A DNA stretch of 64,000 bases from an uncultured Planctomycetaceae bacterium (GTDB lineage: Bacteria > Planctomycetota > Planctomycetia > Pirellulales > PALSA-1355): positions 32,001-96,000 of the forward strand of contig CAWAUV010000002.1 of assembly GCA_963785305.1 (NCBI GenBank), given 5' to 3'. Position 1 is the first letter of the stretch. Each line of letters begins with the position of its first letter. Below are positions 31,377 to 40,786 of this stretch, piece after piece. The position numbers and the translations under genes were made by a program. Under the pieces are notes generated by a model. That model had not been told where the DNA came from, searched no databases, and saw nothing but the letters and a program-made list of their open reading frames with translations.

Positions 31377-31786
31377 TTTCGGTGGCGGTTGTTGCTAGAC
31401 TGGTGGACATGCCACGACCACCACGAGCCGACGAAGCTGGCGGCGTCTACCATGCCCTGAATCGAGCGAATGCCCGGGCCAAGATATTCCGCGACGACGC
31501 GGATTACGCAGCCTTCGAGCGAGTGCTCGGCGAAGGGCTCGCGCGACATGCCGGCGGGTTGTTCGCTTACCAGTTGATACCCAGCCACCGGCGCCGCTGG
31601 CGGAACGAGATCTCGCCGCATTGCGCGGCGAGGGTCTCCCTTCGGCGAGCCGACTTGGACCGAAGCGACGGCAAGGCGCCCGCGGCTGACCTCGACCCTA
31701 CAACCTCGTGGTCGTCCGCAAGTCCATTTTTCCGATACGGCTCCCGACCAAATACCAAACAATGAGTCCTGACCCGTTAGAATTCT
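31351..31786 (+). mobile_element. RAYT-like non-autonomous element, copy 2 (same internal deletion as copy 1)
   Basis: Near-identical to 17660..18094, with the same hairpin and the same gagtcctgacccgttagaattc end. Confidence 0.85.
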
Positions 31787-31826
31787 TCAAACATCTCCCC
31801 GCCCACGCCCTCAAAGGGATGCTGGT

Positions 31827-32012
31827 TTAAGGACTAGATGGCTGCCGAAATAAACCTTCAATCTTCGTCGCTTCGACTTGCTTGGTCGAGCCTTCCCTCC
31901 AAACAATGTCGGCCGGAAGAAGCCGTCCTCGGCCAGCCATCTCCTTCAACCTTTCGGTCTCTATCGGGCCATGTACTTGCCCATCATGCAAGTAGTACCA
32001 CTCATCAGCCAT
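31827..32012 (-). CDS. Stand-alone or truncated GYF_2 (DUF4339) domain protein
   Basis: WYYLHDGQVHGPI...L.P.DIVWREG...A..IEGLF. Confidence 0.7.
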   Translation of the reverse strand: MADEWYYLHDGQVHGPIETERLKEMAGRGRLLPADIVWREGSTKQVEATKIEGLFRQPSSP

Positions 32013-32107
32013 CTCAACCTCCGATCAATCGGGCAGCACAACATCCATTCGCACCCCGGACGCTGCCAGGGCTATGCTGGCTGCCAACGTGGGACTGCTC
32101 GAACTTC

Positions 32108-33067
32108 TCAAGGTCCGAGCAATGATGGCACAATGATCTTGTAAACATAATACTGTACTAGGAAAATCAAAGGCACTGATAGCGTGGCAGCGGCGTCCGG
32201 GATACGCTGAATCGTCGTGCAACCGCTGTACATCATTAACACTGTGGTCGTAATACCGAGCATAAATATGGGTAGGATGAGGTCGATATTTCCCACACCG
32301 ATGATTCCAATGGATAACCACATGGCCCCAAAAGGCAGATTCGACGCTCCTGCGATGAAGACATCGCTTTGGATGCTCCCCTGTCCCCGGAAAATCTTTC
32401 GCACAACCGCACAGCCCGCAGTGGTGCTTGCAAGCGGAAGTAGGCCAAAAAAAAGAAGGAGCTTTAGCACGCTCCCGACGCTCAACCCGCCAACATCACT
32501 ATCCATCCCTTGTGGCATAAACTTAGAAGAGGAGTGTACTATCATTCTTACCCCCACGACGGAGGCCACCATATATGCAAGCCCGAAGACGATTCCGACC
32601 ATCATGGCTCGATGCGGCCCCAAGCTCTCGAATGCAACTCGCATTCCGCCGACCGGATTTGCAGCCATTGCCTTGAATGCCGTCAGGGCATCCGTTCCGG
32701 CTGACAATGCGGCCTCCTTTGCCTGCTTTCCAAGCTGACGGGCCGTCTCTTCCGCTTGCTGCATTTCACGGGACTTACGGCGAGTCGTAGAAGAAGACGC
32801 TGGCTCCGAATCGATAAAAACGGATGCGTCACCATCCTCGTGCGTTGGCGGCACTACGGGCGGTATCGCAGGCGGCGACGATAGGTTCGTTGCTGGCGAA
32901 GGAAACAGCCCTTTTAGTCGGTTGGCCGGGAGCCATTCTGGCATCCCCTCCTTCCAAACAAGGTCGGTCGGCTGAAGCTCGCCGGCATCTGCGAGAGCCT
33001 TCAATTGCTCCGCAGCCACCGGCCCAAAACTCTGTCCGCCACGGCTGTAGTGATACTCGGCTGCCAT
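32108..33067 (-). CDS. GYF_2 domain protein with multi-pass membrane C-terminus
   Basis: YHYSRGGQSFGPV...DLVWKEGMPEW, Pro-rich linker, about five TM helices. Confidence 0.85.
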   Translation of the reverse strand: MAAEYHYSRGGQSFGPVAAEQLKALADAGELQPTDLVWKEGMPEWLPANRLKGLFPSPATNLSSPPAIPPVVPPTHEDGDASVFIDSEPASSSTTRRKSREMQQAEETARQLGKQAKEAALSAGTDALTAFKAMAANPVGGMRVAFESLGPHRAMMVGIVFGLAYMVASVVGVRMIVHSSSKFMPQGMDSDVGGLSVGSVLKLLLFFGLLPLASTTAGCAVVRKIFRGQGSIQSDVFIAGASNLPFGAMWLSIGIIGVGNIDLILPIFMLGITTTVLMMYSGCTTIQRIPDAAATLSVPLIFLVQYYVYKIIVPSLLGP

Positions 33068-33131
33068 CGGTGGTGAAATCCTATTCGCTACTCGTGATTT
33101 GGCTTGATGCTACTGCTGGGAATAGCGTCCT

Positions 33132-33659
33132 CTACTTCAACCTATTTCCCGCCTCCTTGAAAGCTTTGTACGACGGGTAAACTTCCCCGTTGTAAACAAA
33201 GGATTGCTTCCGAGGCTTTTGCTTGACTTCTTCGAGCATGGGTTCGTCCGGGGGATAGGCGGGACGAAACCCATCCTTTTCGGGTTCGACTTGCGGTGCC
33301 TGAATCGAATAAGGCTGGGCCGACACGGCATAAGGGTCGGGATACTCAATGGGAAAAGTAGGCAGTGCAGCCTGCTTTGCAAACATTTCTCTCATGCAAG
33401 GCGTGCAATGGGGAGAATTCAAAACCCAAGTCGGCGGATGTTGCCACTCGTATTGTGTCGGGGGTCGGAGAAGGCGACGGTCGGCCTCACTATATATGTT
33501 ACGACTGCCAAAACAACCGAAATAGCTCGGTATGCCGAGAGGCGGCTTATATCCCGAACCAGTCGAAGGGTATCCGCCGGGTTGTTGGGCCTTCGACGAA
33601 CCGACGATTAAAGCCGTCCCAATATACAAGACGAACAAGACATAACCAAGCTTGTGCAT
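33132..33659 (-). CDS. Hypothetical exported Pro-rich protein
   Basis: Signal-peptide-like N-terminus, GGAG RBS, co-oriented within the operon. Confidence 0.55.
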   Translation of the reverse strand: MHKLGYVLFVLYIGTALIVGSSKAQQPGGYPSTGSGYKPPLGIPSYFGCFGSRNIYSEADRRLLRPPTQYEWQHPPTWVLNSPHCTPCMREMFAKQAALPTFPIEYPDPYAVSAQPYSIQAPQVEPEKDGFRPAYPPDEPMLEEVKQKPRKQSFVYNGEVYPSYKAFKEAGNRLK

Positions 33660-33713
33660 ACGATGTCTCCAGTTGAAAGTTCTGGTCAGGGGGGCGGACT
33701 TCTCTCAGCCTGT

Positions 33714-34748
33714 TCACCATTTTAGGTTCTTCCATTCAGCCGGGTCCGTACTGGATCGCTCCGATTCCGAACCGTTGCGTTCCACGGCCATGCTCATCGA
33801 ACGGTGCAGTCGTCCATCATCATGGCCCGAAGTCGTCGAGGCTTCTGAGGCGACCACGCCTTCGCCCTTTCGGTAGGTGACGGTTGTGATCGTGTGGTTC
33901 GAGTCCATGACGAGTTCTTCTTCGATGCGAGCGACAGAGCCCGGCATTTCAACGACCCGATACCGCTTGGAACTCCCTGGCAAAGGTTCCCACGTCCACG
34001 TGTCTCCAGGCCCGGCACCCAATTTCAATTTGGGCTCCCAGTAAATGTCCTTGGTCTCGCCCAAGTGGCAACCAATTTCCACAAACTGACGGGTAAGACG
34101 ATAATGATCTGGAAAGCGTTTCGGCTGATGAACGTCCTTCAGCCATTCGGTCTTGCCATTCACGACTCTGCCGATTCGGACTGTGACGTGCTCGATGTCG
34201 CCGCCAGCCTTCTGCGAAACAATGTGACGTGTCCGCATGGTTTGTCCATCGGGTAAAGTCATATCCAGCAGATGCACCGCCTGACTGCCGGGTGTGAACG
34301 GAAAAAAGTCTGCCGTCACAACGAACTTTTCGACTGTCTGTGATTCTTGCTGAGGGGAACTTGAAGGTTCCTTTTTGTTCGCCCCTGCGGCGTATCCAAG
34401 TAGCAGGAATGCTACCCAACACCCGGTCCAGACGAGTTTGCGAGTCCGGCTCCAGGTTGGATGGTTCCAGACCAAGTACATCCCGATGGGAAAGCAAAAC
34501 ACTAGCAATGACCCGATGACAAGTGGATGCTCACCAAGACCCCAAATGCCCTCTCTTGAAGATTCGGAACGTCCTTCATGCGAAGCAATTTCCGGCACGG
34601 TTGCGACTGCCAGCCAGTCGCTCATGTTTGGCTTCCAAATCAGATCAGTCGGCTGAAGGTTGCCCGAAGCGACCAGCCGCCGCAACTGACTTGTCGAAAC
34701 GGGTCCGTGCCGCTGACCGTAATGGACGTAGAACCATTCCTTGGGCAT
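33714..34748 (-). CDS. GYF_2 domain protein with TM hairpin and beta-rich exported domain
   Basis: WFYVHYGQRHGPV...DLIWKPNMSDW, FPIGMYLVW TM segment, DFFPFTPGS...GDTWTW. Confidence 0.85.
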   Translation of the reverse strand: MPKEWFYVHYGQRHGPVSTSQLRRLVASGNLQPTDLIWKPNMSDWLAVATVPEIASHEGRSESSREGIWGLGEHPLVIGSLLVFCFPIGMYLVWNHPTWSRTRKLVWTGCWVAFLLLGYAAGANKKEPSSSPQQESQTVEKFVVTADFFPFTPGSQAVHLLDMTLPDGQTMRTRHIVSQKAGGDIEHVTVRIGRVVNGKTEWLKDVHQPKRFPDHYRLTRQFVEIGCHLGETKDIYWEPKLKLGAGPGDTWTWEPLPGSSKRYRVVEMPGSVARIEEELVMDSNHTITTVTYRKGEGVVASEASTTSGHDDGRLHRSMSMAVERNGSESERSSTDPAEWKNLKW

Positions 34749-34788
34749 ATTTGCACCTGACTTGTTAGGTCAACGGGGCCATCCTCGT

Positions 34789-35679
34789 TCAGCCGAGAGC
34801 GGCCACCTTGGCGTCGAATTCTTCTTGGGACAATATGCCGTTGTCGAGGGCAGTCTTCAGCTTTGCCAATTGCTCGGATTTCGCTTTCTGTTGTCGCTCC
34901 TTCTGAATTGACTGTTTGGCAATCTGAGCAAGTGTTGCGTACTTTGCATCGAAGGCAGCTTGGTCAATGATCCCTGCTTCGAGAGCGTCCCTGAGCTTGA
35001 CTGCTTTTTCCTCAACGACGAATTGCACTTCATATTCGTCCACCTTCACCCGAAGAGCGTTCTTCTTCTCGGCAAGTTCCTGGTCGTTCAAAATCCCTGC
35101 TGAATGTGCGGCTTCGAGTTTCTGGAGATCGCCTTTTGCCTTTGCAATTGCTTTTTCCCGTGGCGACTGGACTACCTCGATAGGAGTGGCCTCCACGGTC
35201 GGCCGAGACCCAGCGGTAATTGGTTGTGTCTGATTGGGTACGGGAGGAGGAGCCGCTACGGCGTTGCCCTTGTCGTCAACCGTCTTGGTCTTCTTGAATT
35301 GCAGGCTATGCTCCATGAACTCCACGATGTCTCGTTCCACTTTCATTGTCCAAGCGGCACCAGCGGCTCCAGTCAGCAACGTGAAGCCGCCCGTGAACAG
35401 TGCGGTCACGCCTGCACCTGCTATGTTCTGAGCCCACTGACCAGTGGCACTCTCAAAGACGAACTCGTTCGGCGAGTCTGATGGGTAGAGCCGAATCTTG
35501 AATGCGATATTCGTTCCGAGGAGCGTTCGCATTTTTCCGGTCTTGCGAGCTTGGATCATGTAAACCCCGTCATCATCGGCGGAATCTACTTCGTATTCGT
35601 TCTGTTTGAACCAGAACACGAGTCGCTTCGTTGTTGCGGCTAGATCAGGATTGGGTGTTTGAAAGTAGTGTTTGACCAT
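34789..35679 (-). CDS. Protein with three SHOCT-like C-terminal repeats
   Basis: AGILNDQELAEKK, AGIIDQAAFDAK, NGILSQEEFDAK. Confidence 0.8.
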   Translation of the reverse strand: MVKHYFQTPNPDLAATTKRLVFWFKQNEYEVDSADDDGVYMIQARKTGKMRTLLGTNIAFKIRLYPSDSPNEFVFESATGQWAQNIAGAGVTALFTGGFTLLTGAAGAAWTMKVERDIVEFMEHSLQFKKTKTVDDKGNAVAAPPPVPNQTQPITAGSRPTVEATPIEVVQSPREKAIAKAKGDLQKLEAAHSAGILNDQELAEKKNALRVKVDEYEVQFVVEEKAVKLRDALEAGIIDQAAFDAKYATLAQIAKQSIQKERQQKAKSEQLAKLKTALDNGILSQEEFDAKVAALG

Positions 35680-38025
35680 GTTGTGTACACCTTATGTGGA
35701 CAGCGGCGTGAAGGTCTTTGAAGAATGAATGACAGAGTTAGCTAGGGCATGGTTATGGGTGAGAAACGAGTGATGTGGTGCGGAGCACCCGGTATCACTT
35801 ACCTTTGAAAAACACCAAAAGCTCGTTCGGGTCGGCAGTCGCCTGCAAATCGAATGTTACGGTTGCATCTTGGCATCTGTAGTCATAGTTCCATCGAAAT
35901 GATTTCTCGGAACCCCTGACCGTAACCTCCTGGGGCACCCCGAAGGTCGCAAACCACTTCTTGAGCGGGCATTTAATCGCACCGCCCTTACTTGGTTCGC
36001 CGGCTGTCGTTATTGTGCCTAACGCCTTTATGAACTCTGCTCGGGTATGACCTTCCGTTGGAAACGTTGGAAGGCTAGGAGGGCCGGGAAAGTTGTCTCC
36101 CCCGATAAGAATAATCCGGTGTGCCTCTAAAGCCCAGGCGGTGAGTTCTTGCACTCCCATCTTCAACGTGCCGTCCGCAAAGCGGTAAGACCAATAGTGG
36201 GAATAGGAGCCGCAAAAACAAGGCTCTATGGCGTCGGGTTCGCCGAGCACCCGCCGCATATCGTCTGTTGTCGTCGATAGGTTGTAGAGGAAGAACTTGT
36301 CCTTGACTCCGAAGGCGTCAAAAAACGCTCGCCGTGTATTTACATTGCGGTCACAGCGTTGGACGACTCCATGCTCGTATAAGAGATCGACCGCCAGAGA
36401 GCCATTTTCATCCCATACGGCGTACCGGCCGTGCGGAACACCATCGTCAAAGGTGATTTCTGACTTGACCGCACCATTGGCAAACCACTTCACGGCCTTT
36501 CCATCTGCATGACCCTGCACGAAGAACATCTCCGCCGCCTTCTTGCCGTTGTCATGCCACTGTGTCGCCCGTCCATGCTGGCGACCATCAACGAAGAAAG
36601 TTTTCGACCGTTGGCGTCCATTCTCATACCATTCCGACATTGGACCGTGACTTTGACCGCCAAAGCAGTACCCCTCTGCGGCCTTGATCCCTTGGGTGCC
36701 CGACGTGGGCGGTTTGTACCACTTAATCTGACTTCCGTGACTTACGAAATCGCCATTGCCGCCAACATACCCATGCGATGTCGTCGCATATACGTCTTTC
36801 GTCTCGGGCGTGAACCGGCTTTCGACGGGCTCGCCAAGCGGTCCCTTGGAATAATCAACGTTGGTGAACACCGGATCGGCGTGCGACCTCACACTGGGCA
36901 TCGTAGGCTGGCCTCCGCCGCCATATCGAGGACGCAGTAATTTCGCCGCAACAAAAAAATTCAACGGCCGATTATCCACAGTTCGGCTCACAACAAGCGT
37001 CCACCCCGCAGCCTTGCTGGATGATGCGATCACTTTTGTGTCCGCCTTGCAGACGCCTGATGGGTGAGAGGAAGCCGACGCCTCGGCATAGATCGGAGTC
37101 CCTTGAGTGAGATAGTGGGTGAAGTGCTTCTCCAAGGCAGATTCAGTCAGATTGCCTGGAGCATTGTCATCGGTTGTTTTGACCCAACCCTTCCACTGAA
37201 CCCACACTTGGCCTTCTGATGGAGCGGTGGCATCGCCTGGTTTGGCGATGCGATAGTTTTCTGAAAACCACTCTGCTTTTCCTTTCGGAATCTCTTGTCG
37301 TGGCGAGTTGCGATTGCTCGTTATGGGGGTGGCCGGCAAGCCTCCCATTGCAGATTTATCAAAATGCTCGTCCTTCGCATGAGGTTCATTGTGCGGAATG
37401 TGGGGTTCAGAAGGCGGTTCCGGCGTCAGCGATCCGTAGTCTCTGGTCATTTCCTTCGCTGACTGCACTCTTTCGTCCGCCTCCGCTTTCGCCCGATTAG
37501 CAAGGCGTGCAACATCGGAGACGGCAGTTGCTTGCGATGCCACTTCTTTACCCTTCGTCGAGGGCCTCAGAGAGTGGAAGGCACCGTAGATCAGAATGGT
37601 GACAAGGCCCGCCGCCAATGTGAGAAGCGAGGACTGTGCCCACGACTTTTTCGTACCTCCTGATTTGCAGAATCTACGTGCGTTGGACTTCACCTGTGAC
37701 GATAGTGTTTCCATCTCCTGATCTAGCCGAGCGACATCGGCCAGGGCTTCGACGATAGGACTCGTCAAGGCAGGGGAACCACTCTGATCCCCGTGCCGCT
37801 CGAACGCAGCCTTCCCTAATTGCCGAAGCAATGAATTGAGTTGCACCGAAAGTGCCTTCTCTTGGGCGACATCTTTGATGGTGTTTGCAGTGGCCTTGGC
37901 CTTCTCCGCAAACCCCTGCGTTGCAACGACATTCGCCTGCCGCTTTTTTAGCGTCTTGTGAGGTGCTGACGATTTGACGGACAGGCGGACAACTTAGCAT
38001 GGGCGTCCAGCAAAGGAGAGCCTGG

Positions 38026-38350
38026 ATGAGCAAGAAGCGAGTTCGGTCCGTAAAGTCTGCCCCGGCGGCGCCGGCGTCTCGGTCGCGGCGGGCGTTCGAC
38101 GAGGGCTTCAAGAGTGAAGCGGTAGCAATGCTGCTGGATGGGCATTCGGCGGTCTCCGTGGCCGAGCGGCTCGGGCTGTCGAGCGTGAATTTGCTATATC
38201 GCTGGAAGCGAGAGCAACTCGACAAGGCCGGGCCGGCGGCGAGTTCGCTCGAGGCGCGCGTGCGGCAGCTCGAACAGGAGCTGCACGCGCGTCGAGCGCG
38301 AGCGTGACATCTTAAAAAAAGCGTTGGCCATTTTCGGCCGCAACGGATAA
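38026..38350 (+). CDS. IS3 OrfA (HTH); 1-bp indel near 38287
   Basis: FDEGFKSEAV...VAERLG...LYRWK, ending ERERDILKKALAIF in the shifted frame. Confidence 0.8.
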
Positions 38351-38355
38351 GCGAC

Positions 38356-39234
38356 ATGTACGGCGCCGTCGAACCGATCGTCGTGGAAAGTCATACGTCT
38401 ACCGCGCTGGTATGCGATATTCTCGACGTCTCACGCAGCGCGTATTACGCCTGGCGCGGCGCCGAACCATCGACGCGTGAACAGCGCGACGCGGAACTGG
38501 CGCCGCGGGTGCGTGAAATCTTCTGGAAGCATCGACGACGCTACGGCGCCCGACGAATCGCCTGGGAGTTGACCGAGGCGGGCCACGCGTGCAGCCCCCG
38601 AAAAGCCGCGGAAATCATGCGAAATCAGGGCCTGAAAGCGATTCAGCCGAAGTCGTTCAAGCCGCGCACCACCGACAGTCGCCATCGCCTGGGCTACAGC
38701 CCGAACCTGTTGCTGGAGGAACCCGAGACCACGCGGACCAATCAACTTTGGGTCGGCGACATCACGTACATTCCGCTCGCCGATCGATCGTTCTGTTATC
38801 TGGCGATGCTGATGGATCGCCACTCGCGGTTGCTCATCGGTTGGGACTTGGACGCATCGATGACCGACGCGCTGACCGCTCGCGCGCTCACGCAAGCCGT
38901 GCGTCGACGCCAGCCTTCGGCGAGCCTGATTCATCACACCGACCGTGGAGGTCAATACGCGAGCCATCGTTACCGCGACATCCTCCGCCGCGCCGGCTTC
39001 CGCCAGAGCATGAGCCGCGCCGACAACTGCTACGACAATGCATTCATCGAATCGTGCTTCGGAACCATCAAGACCGAACTGGAAATGACCGAATATCAAA
39101 ACGAGCGCGTCGCCGCGGGCGAGATCGCCGAGTTCGTGCGCTACTACAACCACGAACGCCGCCACTCCTCCTTGGGCTACCGCACGCCCTTTGAATTCGA
39201 GCGACAACTGAACAACCAAACACCGACGCCTTAG
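38356..39234 (+). CDS. IS3 OrfB DDE transposase
   Basis: YGARRI, WVGDITY, HHTDRGGQY, DNAFIESCF, YNHERRHSSLGY. Confidence 0.95.
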   Translation: MYGAVEPIVVESHTSTALVCDILDVSRSAYYAWRGAEPSTREQRDAELAPRVREIFWKHRRRYGARRIAWELTEAGHACSPRKAAEIMRNQGLKAIQPKSFKPRTTDSRHRLGYSPNLLLEEPETTRTNQLWVGDITYIPLADRSFCYLAMLMDRHSRLLIGWDLDASMTDALTARALTQAVRRRQPSASLIHHTDRGGQYASHRYRDILRRAGFRQSMSRADNCYDNAFIESCFGTIKTELEMTEYQNERVAAGEIAEFVRYYNHERRHSSLGYRTPFEFERQLNNQTPTP

Positions 39235-40192
39235 GGAATCGCCTGTCCGTCAAATCGTCAGCACCTCATTGATCTTGGTGACAAGATCGTCCAACTGGCC
39301 GAAGAGCGGTGCGAATTCCTCTCGAAAGCGTCCGTCCGTATAGCAATCCTTGCCGAGGGCAAAGTACGCACCAGGGATCGTTATCTGAGTGAGCTTCGTT
39401 TTGTGTGCCTGCTTGGCAGCGACTTGACCGGCCTTCTTGAAAGTGCCGCCAAACGTGGCGTCAGGCTCGTTCTCACCTGAAGGAGGATCGGCGTATGGAG
39501 TCGGATTGTCCATGAACAGGTTCCAGTTGTCAGAGGCACGAACGCAGCTAATCCCTTGTCAGAAAGTTGCAATCCATCAACGAAAAAAGGAGCCAGCCGA
39601 AGCTGCTCCTCGGAGGCCCTGCGACAGGCCCGTGCGAAAACAGCGTCCGACTGACTCCCGTACAGGGAGCCAGTCCAAACGCCGATCCGCACTCAGAAGT
39701 CGCAGGTTTCCGAGGAGGGCGAGAGGTACTTGCAAATGAATTTGTAGCGGGCGGATCAGGCCCGAGGCGGCGATCCTGCTGAGCAGGGCCGGATGTCTTT
39801 TCTCCAAAAGGGTTTCACGAGGGTCGAACGAATCGCCCATTATGCTACCCGGCCAAGGGGGTGGATTCAATCTTCTCGGGAAAAAACGCATTGCCGCATC
39901 CGAAGGCCGTCTGAATACACGGGCGGGAGCCAGCTTTTTGACCGGCTCCCGCCCGTCGTCGCAGAACCTCCGGGAGCAAAACCTCCATTCACTTGGGCGG
40001 ACGCCGAACCCAAAACCGGACAAGAGATTCTGTGGCGTCTGAATGTCCGGTCGTGGAGCTTGCTTCCGCCTGTCCAGATAGGCGGCTTTCGAGTCATTGG
40101 ATTTCGCCCAAGCCAAGCGATTGGGGTTGCGTCGTCGGTACAATGATCGATCAGCAGAGATCGGCAGTTCTACCGAAGACGCAGGCCAACCG

Positions 40193-40786
40193 ATGGGCAA
40201 TACGACCGAAATTCGCACATTGCTGGAACGGCTCAAGGCAGGCGAAGACAGCGTTCGGGAAGAACTGATTCGGCATTCGTGCGAACAGTTACGGATTCGG
40301 GCCAGCCAGATGCTCAGGAACGACCGGCTCGGGCGATGGGAGCAGACCGACGACGTGCTGCAAGAGGCGTTGGTTCAACTGCATAAGGCACTCCGAGAGG
40401 TCCATCCTGAATCGGTGCCAAAGTTCTTCGGACTGGCGGCACTGCAAATCCGCCGCACGTTAATCGATCTGGCTCGACGGCATTTTGGTCCACTTGGACA
40501 AGGCAAGCACCACCATACGGACGGCCACGGAGCAGCGGCCGACGACGCAGGTGGGTCGTTGGACCGGCAGGCCAAAGAACCAGCCGATTTGGAAGACTGG
40601 ACGAGATTTCACGAGGCCGTTCAAGCGTTGCCTGACAGCGAACGTGCTGTGTTCGACATGATTTGGTATCAAGGCTTGACTCATGCTGACGCCGCCTCAC
40701 TATTGGACGTTGACGAACGCACGATTCGCAGACGATGGCTTTCGATTCGTAGTAAGTTTATGACCTCGCTGACGCAACCGGAATGA
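40193..40786 (+). CDS. ECF sigma factor (Ser/Thr-kinase-associated type)
   Basis: REELI, QTDDVLQEA, IRRTLIDLAR, region 4 LPDSERAVF...A.LLDV.ERTIRRRW. Overlaps the kinase start. Confidence 0.9.
   Translation: MGNTTEIRTLLERLKAGEDSVREELIRHSCEQLRIRASQMLRNDRLGRWEQTDDVLQEALVQLHKALREVHPESVPKFFGLAALQIRRTLIDLARRHFGPLGQGKHHHTDGHGAAADDAGGSLDRQAKEPADLEDWTRFHEAVQALPDSERAVFDMIWYQGLTHADAASLLDVDERTIRRRWLSIRSKFMTSLTQPE

Larger units (their letters stand above)
37959..39268 (+). mobile_element. IS3-family insertion sequence
   Basis: Perfect 29-bp TIRs tgaggtgctgacgatttgacggacaggcg, TG...CA ends, 3-bp TSD TTG, and an A7G slippery site at 38314..38321. Confidence 0.95.
35795..39513 (-). pseudogene. MORN-repeat membrane-anchored protein interrupted by IS3
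   Basis: Removing 37959..39268 plus one TTG joins ...LVTKI-KTLKKRQ...ALSVQLNS in frame. MORN-variant repeats (HG...W..NG) in the C-terminal half. Confidence 0.85.

Noticed and set aside
31787..39513. Integron cassette array
   Set aside because: No integrase and no recurring attC-like sites were recognisable between the genes.
39514..40020. ORFs in the divergent region between the GYF operon and the ECF gene
   Set aside because: No recognisable domains; more likely promoter or decayed DNA.
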